In this document: positions 31,201 to 40,670 of the stretch, one piece after another
Numbering within the stretch: position 1 is the first letter of the stretch
Layout: the number at the start of each line of letters is the position of its first letter
Source: a virus
Virus record (IMG/VR): IMGVR_UViG_3300042897_000994
Span: 1 to 64,000 of that record
Reading direction: 5' to 3' (one strand)
DNA length: 64,000 bases
Notes under the pieces: generated by a model
Told to the model about the DNA's origin: nothing
Databases searched by the model: none
What the model saw: the letters and a program-made list of their open reading frames with translations, nothing else
Translations under genes and position numbers: made by a program

Positions 31201-32764
31201 TCAAACGTCAGCAGGTGAATACTTATACGAAGATTCAGTACTGAATGGTGCTATAAATTTCGCAACTTCAAAATTTGATAACGCAGGAGGATACTATGTA
31301 ATGAGAGGTACTCTGAGTTCTGTAGGAGTTGCTCCTAAATTTTCTCGGGATATTCAACTTGGCCCGGATGGAAAATTTAATGATATTGAATTTACTATCG
31401 ATTCTGGGCCCGATGCAGGGGTTTATTTAATTTCTGGTATTTTAGCAGTTATTAACGATTCAACGTTTCATGCTACTACAATAACTAAAAACGGGCTTCC
31501 TTTTAATCTGCCTTATGTTCCTTCTGATATTTTAAGCTTCACTGGAGCTACCTATTATGTCGTGTTTGGTGGATTTAATCTGTTTGTACCTATTATGAAT
31601 TCAGTTTCGTATGCAGCAATCAGCTCGGCTATAAATAACGGAGATCCTGGAATTATCTATGAAACAGTAGAAACTGATGGGACTTTATCTTACAACCAAT
31701 TTGTTCTTGAATTGAGATCTCAGGATTTCTTTATGAAATCTGTGTATTTAGATCCAATAAGAGATCCTAATAAACCAACCAGCTTTAATTTACAGAATAC
31801 GATAGGTTATGAATTAAACTTATCTTCAAATTCAAGAGTAATTCCTTTCTTTAGACATAGCGGAAGATTTAATCCTAAGTTCGTTGATGTTTTCAAATTT
31901 TTAGATCCTTATCTAGCTGAAGAGACTGATAACACGGCAACCCAAGGAGGGTCAGATCTAATTTACAAAGAAAAGGTATTTAATTTGATGAGATACAAGA
32001 ATACTCAACTAGATCCTGCGTTCGTCTATTTTGGAAAAATTAGAAATTATTTCTATCACAAAGTTAATTCTATTAATGCTGGCGGAATCTTGGAATTATC
32101 AGGAAGTTCTTCCTTTCAAAGCTTATATCCTCTTATTAATGAGGTGGCTATAAACAAAAGAGATAGTTTTTATATCTTCTCTTCGTCGTGGGATCCTGGA
32201 TATTTTACTACAAATCTTACTAAGGCTTCTTCTGTTCTTTCGCCTGGAACTTTTTCATCCCTTGAAAAGAAATCTTTTGCTGGATCTAAATATGTAAAAG
32301 TTCCACAGAACTTTTTATTAGAAGAATTTCTAGAAAATGAATATAGAGTTACTGTAACCGGTTCTCAGGTTTCTATTTATTTGGATGTCCAGGGAGCACT
32401 TGTTAGATATTTCTACTCAAAAACTTCTGACCTTTTTAGAAAATACGTGAATCCTAATTTTACACTCTTTTCTGATTCTAGCGTAGAAGAATTTGCGAAA
32501 TCTTATATTAGAAAAAATATACTTCCTCTCTATAAAATAGAAAATATTAACTTCTATCTAAAGGAATCTCGATCAGTAGAACCCGATAATTACCAACCTT
32601 TTCAAATTTCTAACTCCGAAAAATTAGCAGAAGGTTTAAGAATTGTGAAGAATTTCACTGTGAATTTTAAAGATCCGAACCAGTTTAATCTGGATTTGAT
32701 ATATATTAAAAAATCAGGCTTCTCAATTTCTGCAGGTGCAAGTTTGACTATAACAAAAAAATGA
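28232..32764 (+). CDS. Large virion structural protein
   Basis: 1510 aa, late promoter upstream, structural gene context. Confidence 0.5.
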   Translation: MADPILDKASFQLVRTNPKLTTNVKLVVDSSGNLYLDSFNANSDLSNNIYKAYNIDPNSSYERDVFNFYNQRNLPQSLAYSLFQQNNDISVLPEYDDQYESFYTGGAESISSESYAEDLGVLAPIWLEEQIPDYFVIFRTNGPANVNLVNQTDPNFDVDSATGSSEFSQNILENSTIIKTFDLTANSSIGKYLRNYRSNPLFPQSSLFVTNLPDEPVLFRGISYDKGGFVEKGDLLYSSLITEEKTIIETEYLISSGFERNGVICANLINLQFLFNDEYSDEYSINRYFGIYVSGQKEGSFYLDSNAFYLNRLAEKQTPRISSADEISNITTEKFVVTNPNGVVIYADPSTIETDTGFPDPQRVSEVNSFLYVKDKYDSFHTLKKGSKFPANSLRLSDQKADLGAFTGLDSPPISSIEAERLSNKGAAGFYIEINSGSVRNGLNIEFYDGNTRTHIISCNSAVATTPGISNQYYFNGNGSSVDIANSILGAINYYSPGTRFFSACIVGNKIIIYSRYTGSRFNRLGFKITEVDSTITTYPSHITDQVTSFIGGSDSSNSRIKVERSSKDRFSGNLYKAGEQITQYVSDGLYLEEPVFNSSGNIIGFTGVDSYSTIIFDKPGVEITSIGTVSSYSVFKAEFGRLSIYPLRDFDFDFYSQQYSLMGELIEEHDFYNEYVLENGVLVPVEESSYPQIIDFYTNGGFSELQPILRNESQLNIQQSQEILSEYDRLFENYNKNLALPSRTVPYICKWVYDDYGKDVRNKAYRLDYSPAFGIYNFSPSDKDFTQNPQAFTHEWYYLSKVPYYFDEVSLLESWSYFNETVDDNQGSTLGFFQDVTTDNFVNYFVVDNLHNDLYDAYFDKEIRYSRFSNGNSANFAEAFFRGVKVIGKKRSESTTVIDFNLNNIKFTTPDYFNDYKFAAILIPNRPDKPSTQIKVIENKKWKTITLVIFLTIDYQEILPGRDIEVIDRTLLYCLKDKISPNLDGDFFPQTSAGEYLYEDSVLNGAINFATSKFDNAGGYYVMRGTLSSVGVAPKFSRDIQLGPDGKFNDIEFTIDSGPDAGVYLISGILAVINDSTFHATTITKNGLPFNLPYVPSDILSFTGATYYVVFGGFNLFVPIMNSVSYAAISSAINNGDPGIIYETVETDGTLSYNQFVLELRSQDFFMKSVYLDPIRDPNKPTSFNLQNTIGYELNLSSNSRVIPFFRHSGRFNPKFVDVFKFLDPYLAEETDNTATQGGSDLIYKEKVFNLMRYKNTQLDPAFVYFGKIRNYFYHKVNSINAGGILELSGSSSFQSLYPLINEVAINKRDSFYIFSSSWDPGYFTTNLTKASSVLSPGTFSSLEKKSFAGSKYVKVPQNFLLEEFLENEYRVTVTGSQVSIYLDVQGALVRYFYSKTSDLFRKYVNPNFTLFSDSSVEEFAKSYIRKNILPLYKIENINFYLKESRSVEPDNYQPFQISNSEKLAEGLRIVKNFTVNFKDPNQFNLDLIYIKKSGFSISAGASLTITKK

Positions 32765-32767
32765 TAA

Positions 32768-35230
32768 ATGGCTATAGTAATTAAAGAAATACTGGCTTCT
32801 GACACCATTTCACAAGCTTCTGATAAAATTAATTTTAATTTTGATCAGTTTTTAATAAATGGCGGAGGTCCTCCAGGGCCACAGGGACCTTTAGGTCCTA
32901 TCGGACCTGCAGGAGTCAGAGGAAGTTTATGGTTTGATGGTAGTGGTGCTCCATCTTCAATAACCGGTGAAGAGGAAGGCGATTATTATCTAGATGTAGA
33001 TAATGGCGATGTTTATTTGTATAATGGAGTAACCTGGTCATTAGAAGGAAATATTCAGGGTCCTCAGGGTCCGGTAGGGCCGCAAGGTCCGGGGAATATT
33101 CTTTTTGAAATAGATGGAACAAATCCAGATGTAAACCCAGCTAACCTTTTTTACAGATATAGATTCATTAATGCGAATTCCGATCTTTATACAAATACAG
33201 GTCTTTATGCTTCTCAGAGTTTACTAGTAGGTGGTTTCCCAATCGGTACTAATTCTGATGAAGGTATTTCTAGCTCGTGGGGAGAAGTAACTGATGTATA
33301 TTCTAATCAAATCAATCCTGCTTCTGGAGTTCTCTTCGTTCATATGCCGGTTGCTACTTCTGGAAAAAATATAATTCTTTCCAGGATATTAGGAGATGGA
33401 ATAAACACGTACAATACTGATGATATTACAGAGATGGGTAGTATCAGCGTTGACGACTATGATTCAGTTTTTATTGAATCAAATAGAATTATCAATAGTG
33501 CAGATTTATATGCCCAAAGCGTAGGACTAAAGATTGCTTCTTATGACAGTGATCTTCAGCTTTTGTCAGGAAGAAATATCAATATTTCTACACAGACTCC
33601 TACTACCCCTTATGGTAGTTCGATATTCGGTGCAGATACTGGGAATGGAATTATTACGATTACTGCTTTAGAATCAATTGCCTCGGGATATACTGGATCT
33701 GCTGTAAGATTACAGAAAGGTTCTGGATCTACTTATGGTCATGCATATATTTCGTTAGGAACAAGTAATCCCGCAGTACAACCTGCATCAGGTGATGGTT
33801 CTATCTTAATTACAAATACAACTGGAGATTCAATTACTGTAGATTCAAGTGGGGCACTATTCTTAGTTTCTACTGATGCTATGGATATTGTTTCTAGCGA
33901 TGATATAACGTTAGATGCTACCGTAGCTCTTAAACTTACTGCACCTACTATAGTTTTAGGTGATGGTGATCTGGAAACAGGTGGAAAGATTATTCTAGGA
34001 GCTGATACTCTTGGTGGTAGCTTTACTACTGGGCAATTATTTCTGGTAAGAGAAACAAGCAATTCGGTGAACACCGTAGTTGCTCAAAGTGGCTATGATT
34101 TTGTATTAAAGTCAATCAATTACACAGGAAATGTTTCAATACCAGAGGGTGCCAGATATGGTAGAATTGTAGGTCAAATTAATACGTCTACTGGTGGAGT
34201 TCTGGATAATTTGGCAGGAATATCTTTCGAAGCCGATTCTGGAGCTTCTTTCTCTGGACAAATAAATTCAAGAATAAGATTCTCTGTTTCTAGAAACACA
34301 GTTGCTGCATTTGAACAGAGGCTTGAACTAAATAAGAATGGTCACCTTAAATTTCTTTGGGATAGTTCTAAGTCTGCAGGCTCTGAAAGAGATGCTAAGA
34401 TCTTTATGCAAAGCGGAGACTCTACCGAAGGTGATGGTGCTCTATTGACTATAAAAGGTTCTGATTCTTATATGCCCGGGAGTGGTTTTAGCGCTTACAA
34501 CGGTGGGGGAATTATTATTGAAGGTGGCGATGGATATGGTGCAGGATTTACTCTGGGCAAGAAAGGTAATATCTATCTAAACCCTTGGCGGTTATCTGGT
34601 GGAAGTAGTCAAGACTCTTATGGTGTTAAAATTGGTGGAGATACTACCACCGGAATTACTGCTTCTCTTGCGATCTATCCAATGAGAAGTGGAGGCACTA
34701 CATATGCAACTGACACACACAGTGTACAGATTTACGATGGTTCGGGTGTAGAAAGATTCGGAATTAAAAATGATGGTAGTCTTTCGGTAGGTTTAAAATT
34801 CCCAGCCACTCAAGTCGCTTCTGCAGACGCTAACACTCTAGATGACTACGAAGAAGGAACATGGACTCCTAGTATGACTACGGGATCTGGATCCGTTACA
34901 TTCAACAGTACTAGCGGTACTTATACGAAAATAGGTAGAATGGTAACTGCTACTGGATATTTGCTTGTTTCAGCTAGCACAGGTAGCGGATTTTTAAGAA
35001 TAACTAACTTACCTTTCGCATGTGCAAACTCTAATTCAGCAGAAAGTGCAGCTGCACTCTATTTTGATGTGGTAAACTACGGTGGAACAGTTACCGGTCT
35101 GATAGGTCATGTAGTTGCTAACACTTCATACATCTTAGTAGAAGCGAATGATACAGGTTCGGGTACCAATGCAGGTGGAATGTTGGCTAATGGAACAACG
35201 ATTAGAGTAACAGTAACATATATAGTATAA
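32768..35230 (+). CDS. Tail fibre / receptor-binding protein
   Basis: Short Pro-containing collagen segments (GPPGPQGPLGPIGPAG), GDYYLD..NGDVY repeat, and a C-terminal LDDYEEGTWTP...GTYTKIGRMV domain typical of fibre tips. Confidence 0.8.
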   Translation: MAIVIKEILASDTISQASDKINFNFDQFLINGGGPPGPQGPLGPIGPAGVRGSLWFDGSGAPSSITGEEEGDYYLDVDNGDVYLYNGVTWSLEGNIQGPQGPVGPQGPGNILFEIDGTNPDVNPANLFYRYRFINANSDLYTNTGLYASQSLLVGGFPIGTNSDEGISSSWGEVTDVYSNQINPASGVLFVHMPVATSGKNIILSRILGDGINTYNTDDITEMGSISVDDYDSVFIESNRIINSADLYAQSVGLKIASYDSDLQLLSGRNINISTQTPTTPYGSSIFGADTGNGIITITALESIASGYTGSAVRLQKGSGSTYGHAYISLGTSNPAVQPASGDGSILITNTTGDSITVDSSGALFLVSTDAMDIVSSDDITLDATVALKLTAPTIVLGDGDLETGGKIILGADTLGGSFTTGQLFLVRETSNSVNTVVAQSGYDFVLKSINYTGNVSIPEGARYGRIVGQINTSTGGVLDNLAGISFEADSGASFSGQINSRIRFSVSRNTVAAFEQRLELNKNGHLKFLWDSSKSAGSERDAKIFMQSGDSTEGDGALLTIKGSDSYMPGSGFSAYNGGGIIIEGGDGYGAGFTLGKKGNIYLNPWRLSGGSSQDSYGVKIGGDTTTGITASLAIYPMRSGGTTYATDTHSVQIYDGSGVERFGIKNDGSLSVGLKFPATQVASADANTLDDYEEGTWTPSMTTGSGSVTFNSTSGTYTKIGRMVTATGYLLVSASTGSGFLRITNLPFACANSNSAESAAALYFDVVNYGGTVTGLIGHVVANTSYILVEANDTGSGTNAGGMLANGTTIRVTVTYIV

Positions 35231-35231
35231 G

Positions 35232-35429
35232 ATGACAAATATTGAACTAAAAGAACTAGAAGACAAAACGATAGCCTGTAAAAAGATGGTTATTGAAAAT
35301 GACGATACGATTAGCATCGAAAGATTTTGTGTTGAATACACTGAAGATGCCGAAGAGCTTAATCTTATCAAGCAGAAAGTGGGAGTTAAATCTTATCATG
35401 AAATCATTTCAATTTGGAATAAAATATGA
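35232..35429 (+). CDS. Hypothetical protein, possible fibre assembly helper
   Basis: 65 aa directly after the fibre gene. Confidence 0.5.
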   Translation: MTNIELKELEDKTIACKKMVIENDDTISIERFCVEYTEDAEELNLIKQKVGVKSYHEIISIWNKI

Positions 35430-35662
35430 CACAACAAGAAAGAGAACAAGTAATGAGCATTGTCTATGAATATGGATTAGCTTTCAACAAACTTGAAGCT
35501 GCACAAAAACAGATGAAAATGCTTAGTGAAAACGTAACTAACATAGAAGGTGAAATAAATGAAATCAGAAAAAGGGAGCAAGACCTTATTTCTAATTTAA
35601 GAGAAACCTACGGTGAAGATGTAATTACAGCTGATTATCTTTTCAATGAAATAAAAAAATAA
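35426..35662 (+). CDS. Hypothetical coiled-coil protein
   Basis: 78 aa with a heptad pattern. Confidence 0.65.
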   Translation: MTQQEREQVMSIVYEYGLAFNKLEAAQKQMKMLSENVTNIEGEINEIRKREQDLISNLRETYGEDVITADYLFNEIKK

Positions 35663-35668
35663 AAGCGG

Positions 35669-37051
35669 ATGGCTTTCGATTTATCAAAATATGTTCAACT
35701 GTATGATGGAGTACTTTTAGAGTACATCTACACGAATCATTCGTCTCCAGAGACTTTTAACACTCTGGATCTACCTATTGAGTTGATGCGGGATAGTTAT
35801 ACGGGTGGTACATATCTTTTTAATCCTCCTGCATATCAAAGTCAAACTGGAAATGTAAGAGGAAATAGCTCTGCTGCAATCAATTCAACAAAAACAAGAT
35901 TTGCTTCTCTTATTACAAACCGAAGCATATCATACAACGATGTTGATTCAAATTTAACACCAAGCGCTAATCTTCTTCAAACTTTTTCTCCTAATATTGA
36001 TGTTGAATATGACACAATTAGACTTCATTTCGCATCAGGCTTAGATTTTAGAGGATTTGATGGTTTTGTTATAGCTCTTACAGTACAGAGAAGAGATGGC
36101 TTGGATTTAAACTTAGCTAATATTAATTTTCTAAAAAGCGATACTGCTACATTCAATCCTAATCCCTTTTTGTTAGGTGAGAGAGTATATGCATCTTACT
36201 TAGAGTTTAAAATTCCTTCAGCTTATTATATGCTGGAGAATTTTTATTCAAATCCAAGCAGTACAAACACTCTAGGGTATAAATTTACAGAAGCGAAGGG
36301 GTTTATAAAGACTACTACCATTGATGCAACAATTAATGGAATTTCTTCAACATACACCAAAGACGGATTTCCGGCATATGAAACTCAAGTTCTTAGTAGA
36401 AGCACAATTTCTACTACTGATGAATTTAATTTATTAGCTGCAACTATCGAAGAATCAACTCTGGGTGATTTTTTCGAAATGTACGGAGAGTACAACGGAG
36501 TTATTTATGAAGATTTTATGGCAAGCCTAAACTCTCAACCTAATTCTAGCTGGATAGTATTTCATAGTGTAGTTACTCAAGAACAGATAGGTACTTCTTT
36601 TGTAGAAACTGCAGAACAGACTTTTACTCAATTAGATAATTTTGATGTTCCTATCAGATTTAGACCTATCATATTGAACTCTGCTGTTGCTGTATCTTTT
36701 GCTCTTGATTATACGATGAGGATTTATAATAGAGCGAATGGAACTCAAATTATTAGAAAATCGAGAATAATTTCTACAGATGTCGGAACTTATGGAAGAA
36801 GACTTAGAAGAATTAATCTGGGTACAGTTCCTACGGTGGTAAAAGTTTATAATGAACTGCCTAGAGATAATGGAGAAAATATCATCATAAATGATGTAAT
36901 AAATGTACAGAGAAGTATCACACAGGGTACAAGTCCAGTTGCAAATACACCTGTTCAAACTCAAATAGTTCCAGTAACAGTATTTAGAGATAAAGGAGCA
37001 GTTACTGCTAAAATATCTCCAGTTAAAGTAGAAGTTCGTAATGGCAATTGA
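35669..37051 (+). CDS. Putative virion structural protein
   Basis: 460 aa, beta-rich, structural gene context. Confidence 0.5.
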   Translation: MAFDLSKYVQLYDGVLLEYIYTNHSSPETFNTLDLPIELMRDSYTGGTYLFNPPAYQSQTGNVRGNSSAAINSTKTRFASLITNRSISYNDVDSNLTPSANLLQTFSPNIDVEYDTIRLHFASGLDFRGFDGFVIALTVQRRDGLDLNLANINFLKSDTATFNPNPFLLGERVYASYLEFKIPSAYYMLENFYSNPSSTNTLGYKFTEAKGFIKTTTIDATINGISSTYTKDGFPAYETQVLSRSTISTTDEFNLLAATIEESTLGDFFEMYGEYNGVIYEDFMASLNSQPNSSWIVFHSVVTQEQIGTSFVETAEQTFTQLDNFDVPIRFRPIILNSAVAVSFALDYTMRIYNRANGTQIIRKSRIISTDVGTYGRRLRRINLGTVPTVVKVYNELPRDNGENIIINDVINVQRSITQGTSPVANTPVQTQIVPVTVFRDKGAVTAKISPVKVEVRNGN

Positions 37052-38243
37052 TACTAACATACCGCAAATTAAAACTCCGATTAATTACATTTACACCGCA
37101 AGAAATCTTGCGATAAATGATATTTCTTATTCGGATGGTGATGGAACTCTAACAGTACCTCGGTTTGACAGTTATGTTATGTTTGATTTCGATCAAACTG
37201 ATTTAAATGGTCAAAAATTTGAAGTTGATTTTTCAGGAATGGGGGATGCTTATCTCTGCTTTGTCGATAATAATATCGAAGTAAAGATAAAAAATCTGAA
37301 TAATATTGAGAATATCAATAAGGGATTAGGTCAAGTAGTTTTTAAAATATCGTCTGATGATTCGAGAAAAATATATGGAATGCAGACTAGATATTTCTTT
37401 GTTACTACGAAGATCACTCAATTAAATTCAGTTACTGAAGAAACTGTAGTATATTCAGGCATCTGGCAAAAATCAGGTGAAGGAGAAAGAATTACATTCG
37501 AAAATCTAATAGCTACAAAAAATGCAGAATATAATAACTTGAATGAGACTTATAAATCTGCATATGAATCTTCTGAAAAACAACAGAACATATTAAACAA
37601 TTCTGCTTCGATTCTAGAAGAAGAAAAGAATAAAACTAAGATTTTAACTGATTCAATCGCGAGAGTTCAAGGGGAAATTGAAAAATCTCGCAAAATTGTA
37701 GTAACTACTGGATCAACTACAGGTTCAAATACAGGAACTCCGGGGGGAACTCCAGATCCTAATGCAGTAACTGCTACTGTACAAGGAGTTACTAACGATG
37801 AAGAAAAAGTAGTAGTAATTGATCACACTTTTTTTGGTGACAATGGAACTACATCTAGAAAGCTTGCAAAGCTTAAATTTACGTCGAGTATGAATACTTT
37901 GTTTGCTTTAATCGATAATAGTATTTTAATTCCGAAACCAAGTTTAGATACGAGTATTAAAATTACATCTAGCCAGTATAACAAATATCTTTCTACTTCA
38001 AAACAAACTTCAAAGCTAATGAAATATTATTCAGTAGAATTTACAGATTCAACTTTGAAAGTTACGATAATGAAGAAGTACAAAACTGATTTTCTTCACT
38101 TTGCGGGAATTGAATATCTGACTGCAAATATTGAAGATATTGGTGGCAGCAAGCAAATTAAATGTTCATTAAAAGAAGCATTGGATAATATAGATGAAAT
38201 TCTAACAGATTCCGGTCAAGGTAAGATAAAAATTAACGTATGA
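37041..38243 (+). CDS. Putative structural protein (beta-sandwich plus coiled coil), paralog of the next gene
   Basis: AYLCFVD...GQVVFKIS.DDSRKI aligns with AYLVFED...GVVSFLIE.TDARRI. Confidence 0.5.
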   Translation: MAIDTNIPQIKTPINYIYTARNLAINDISYSDGDGTLTVPRFDSYVMFDFDQTDLNGQKFEVDFSGMGDAYLCFVDNNIEVKIKNLNNIENINKGLGQVVFKISSDDSRKIYGMQTRYFFVTTKITQLNSVTEETVVYSGIWQKSGEGERITFENLIATKNAEYNNLNETYKSAYESSEKQQNILNNSASILEEEKNKTKILTDSIARVQGEIEKSRKIVVTTGSTTGSNTGTPGGTPDPNAVTATVQGVTNDEEKVVVIDHTFFGDNGTTSRKLAKLKFTSSMNTLFALIDNSILIPKPSLDTSIKITSSQYNKYLSTSKQTSKLMKYYSVEFTDSTLKVTIMKKYKTDFLHFAGIEYLTANIEDIGGSKQIKCSLKEALDNIDEILTDSGQGKIKINV

Positions 38244-38839
38244 TTTTAGCTATTTCTCCATTTTCTAATTTCTTTACTTTCACTATACAGAAAAGTGACG
38301 GTGGGACTCTGTCTTCTATTAATCTAGAAAATATTAAGCAAGCTTATCTTGTTTTTGAAGATGGGCAAAATATAGTAAAGGTCGAGTCATTAATTTTGAA
38401 GAGTAGAGAAGGTTTAAACGAAGGAGTTGTAAGTTTTTTAATTGAACAGACAGATGCTCGTAGAATTAGAAAATTCAATACTAGAAATTACGTCTTAACG
38501 ATTTTAGAACAGAGAATAGATGGAGTATTAGATGAATCTCCCATCTATGAAAACTCTTGGATTCTTTATGAAAAGAAGGCAGAAAACTCATACATCGCTA
38601 AAAATATAAAACTCACTACTCAAATAAACGAATTAACGGTGAAGTTGAATGCCTTGAATACAAATATTGAACAGCTTAAGAATGAAAATTCCTCGATACA
38701 ATCAGAAACTCTGACTGTAAGAGAAAAAAATTCTGGGTTACAAGCTACTTTAAATCAGAGAGAATCTGAGCTAGCGAAACTCTTAGCTTCACCAAATAAT
38801 AAGGGAGCTAATGCTTCTACTAATGCATCAATAAATTAA
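38240..38839 (+). CDS. Putative structural protein (beta-sandwich plus coiled coil)
   Basis: Paralog of 37041..38243, with C-terminal heptads. Confidence 0.5.
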   Translation: MILAISPFSNFFTFTIQKSDGGTLSSINLENIKQAYLVFEDGQNIVKVESLILKSREGLNEGVVSFLIEQTDARRIRKFNTRNYVLTILEQRIDGVLDESPIYENSWILYEKKAENSYIAKNIKLTTQINELTVKLNALNTNIEQLKNENSSIQSETLTVREKNSGLQATLNQRESELAKLLASPNNKGANASTNASIN

Positions 38840-38844
38840 TAGAA

Positions 38845-39399
38845 ATGATACAGTCAGCTAGAAGTAATCAGTTTAGATTTAATTTTCCAAGAACTTTTGT
38901 TCCGCGGGTTATAGTAGATAAATACAAACCATATTTGCAAAGAATCCCGGGAAATATTGTCTATGAGCCGATCGATTTTATTAATTATTCAATACAGAGT
39001 CTAAGCTTTGTAGGATCTTCCTATGATTCAGTAGAACAAATTGATAATCCGGGAGTTAAAAGACAGTACAGAGGTAGTTTACCTACTGCTGAACTATACG
39101 GAAAAGAAATAACAGTGACATTTCAGTTGTTTGATGGTTTTTTTAATTACTGGATGATGACAGATATCTTTACTTATTACTATAATTTAGGTGGTCAGAC
39201 TCCTTATACACCAGAAGGAACTAGAGTACAATTTTTAGACTCCGAAGGAAATATTATGGTTACTGCAGGATTAGAAAGAGTTTTGTTTTCGAGCATTGCA
39301 GACTTGGAGCTGAATTTTTCTTCTAACACTGCAGAGTTTGTAACATTTGATTGCACATTCATCTATAATAAGCTAGACATTAAGCTTGAACTTCAGTAA
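38845..39399 (+). CDS. Tail tube terminator, gp3-like (tube fold)
   Basis: NQFRF...IQSLSF.G...ITVTFQLFDGFFNYWMM...LELNFS...TFDCTFIY matches the gp3/gp19 pattern. Confidence 0.6.
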   Translation: MIQSARSNQFRFNFPRTFVPRVIVDKYKPYLQRIPGNIVYEPIDFINYSIQSLSFVGSSYDSVEQIDNPGVKRQYRGSLPTAELYGKEITVTFQLFDGFFNYWMMTDIFTYYYNLGGQTPYTPEGTRVQFLDSEGNIMVTAGLERVLFSSIADLELNFSSNTAEFVTFDCTFIYNKLDIKLELQ

Positions 39400-39408
39400 T
39401 ATATAAAA
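39398..39408 (+). promoter_or_regulatory. Putative late promoter AATATATAAAA
   Basis: Overlaps the upstream stop codon and precedes 39423. Confidence 0.55.
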
Positions 39409-39422
39409 CAAATCAATCTCTT

Positions 39423-39779
39423 ATGAGAACATTTAGCGAATACATCAACGAATCTAACGAAAAAGAATTTAAACTTTTCGAATCTTCGATACATGAAGAA
39501 CTTACTCCTGAACAAGAAGCAAAGATTAACGAAGCTCTTGAGAAATTTATGGAGAAATATGAAGAAGGATATACTTTAGAAGAGCTTTCAGAAGAAATGA
39601 CTAACGAAGGAATCATCGGTTCTATTCTCGGTGGTTTAACTGGATTTGCTCTAGGTAGCACGGTTGGAAAAATGATAGCTAAAATTTTAGGAGTTGAAAA
39701 AGGTATTTTTTACGACATGTTAACCAGTAGACTTGTAGGAGCAGCTCTTGGAGCTTCTTTGGGCAAGCGAATTATATGA
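39423..39779 (+). CDS. Putative internal head protein: capsid-targeting-like peptide plus a glycine-zipper membrane segment
   Basis: N-terminus MRTFSEYINE. C-terminal GIIGSILGGLTGFALG...VGAALGASLG. Confidence 0.6.
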   Translation: MRTFSEYINESNEKEFKLFESSIHEELTPEQEAKINEALEKFMEKYEEGYTLEELSEEMTNEGIIGSILGGLTGFALGSTVGKMIAKILGVEKGIFYDMLTSRLVGAALGASLGKRII

Positions 39780-40399
39780 GATACGTAGGTATAGATTTTT
39801 CAATTAATAGTCCAGCAATCTGCATTTTAGAAAAAGATGCATATCACTTTGTAGGATTTTACAACGAAGAGGGAAAAAAGTTCGAAAAGAAAGACCCCTC
39901 TGATTATTCATATCACAGAAAGCTTCTTTCTCTCAAAGATGTAGATATCATACATTTCAGCAGAAGAAAAAAGAATGAAAATTATTCTGTCGATCAAAGA
40001 CAAAAAATCGAAGACAGTCACACTTTAGGGAAGCTAATAGCTGAGAATATTGGTTCCGAAAAAAATAAAGTAGGAATCGAAGGTTATAGCTATGGTTCGA
40101 AGGGAAATAGTTTTATAGATCTTATCTCTTTCAATTCTGTAATGAGACATGTATTGTACACGGATACGGATTCAGAGATTTTTGTTAGAACACCTAGTCA
40201 AGTTAAAGGATTAGCTGGAAAAGGAAATGCAAATAAGTCAATGATGTACGAATACTTTTGTCAGAATACAACGAAGGATCCGAATCTAGAAAAGTCTTCT
40301 TTTTGGAAATGGTGTATTGAACAGAAGTTCGTCGGAGAGATTCCGAAACCTATAGATGATCTGATAGACTCTTATTTTATCTCTAGATCTGTTCAGTAG
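39776..40399 (+). CDS. RuvC-like Holliday junction resolvase
   Basis: YVGIDFSINSPAIC, IEGYSYGS, P..VK..AGKGNANK and DDLIDSY acidic active-site pattern. Confidence 0.8.
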   Translation: MRYVGIDFSINSPAICILEKDAYHFVGFYNEEGKKFEKKDPSDYSYHRKLLSLKDVDIIHFSRRKKNENYSVDQRQKIEDSHTLGKLIAENIGSEKNKVGIEGYSYGSKGNSFIDLISFNSVMRHVLYTDTDSEIFVRTPSQVKGLAGKGNANKSMMYEYFCQNTTKDPNLEKSSFWKWCIEQKFVGEIPKPIDDLIDSYFISRSVQ

Positions 40400-40447
40400 A
40401 GCTCTGTAGCTCTTAGAGTCTTTCCTTCCCAAAACTTCAGATAAATT

Positions 40448-40475
40448 TTATAGTATGCGATCTGAGAAAGTTTAC
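40448..40475 (-). promoter_or_regulatory. Putative early/middle promoter on the minus strand with no downstream gene
   Basis: Minus strand reads GTAAAC (40475-40470), N17, TATAA (40452-40448). Confidence 0.45.
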
Positions 40476-40510
40476 TGATCTCGTAAAAAAAATTTATTCC
40501 CAGAAAAAAT

Positions 40511-40537
40511 AAACTTTTCATCGTTTCCGGATATATA
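40511..40537 (+). promoter_or_regulatory. Putative overlapping early/middle (AAAC-N17-TATAT) and late (GATATATA) promoters for ssb
   Basis: AAAC at 40511-40514 and GATATATA at 40530-40537. Confidence 0.55.
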
Positions 40538-40670
40538 TTATGTAAGGTTTTTTTAAGGGCAACTTTTATTTTTTATGGCAATTCGCGGCAAGTCTAAAAT
40601 TTTTTAGGAGCTTTTTTAAACTTCTTACGGCAAATCTTTATTAATTAAACAACAAAAAAGGCAAATTAAA

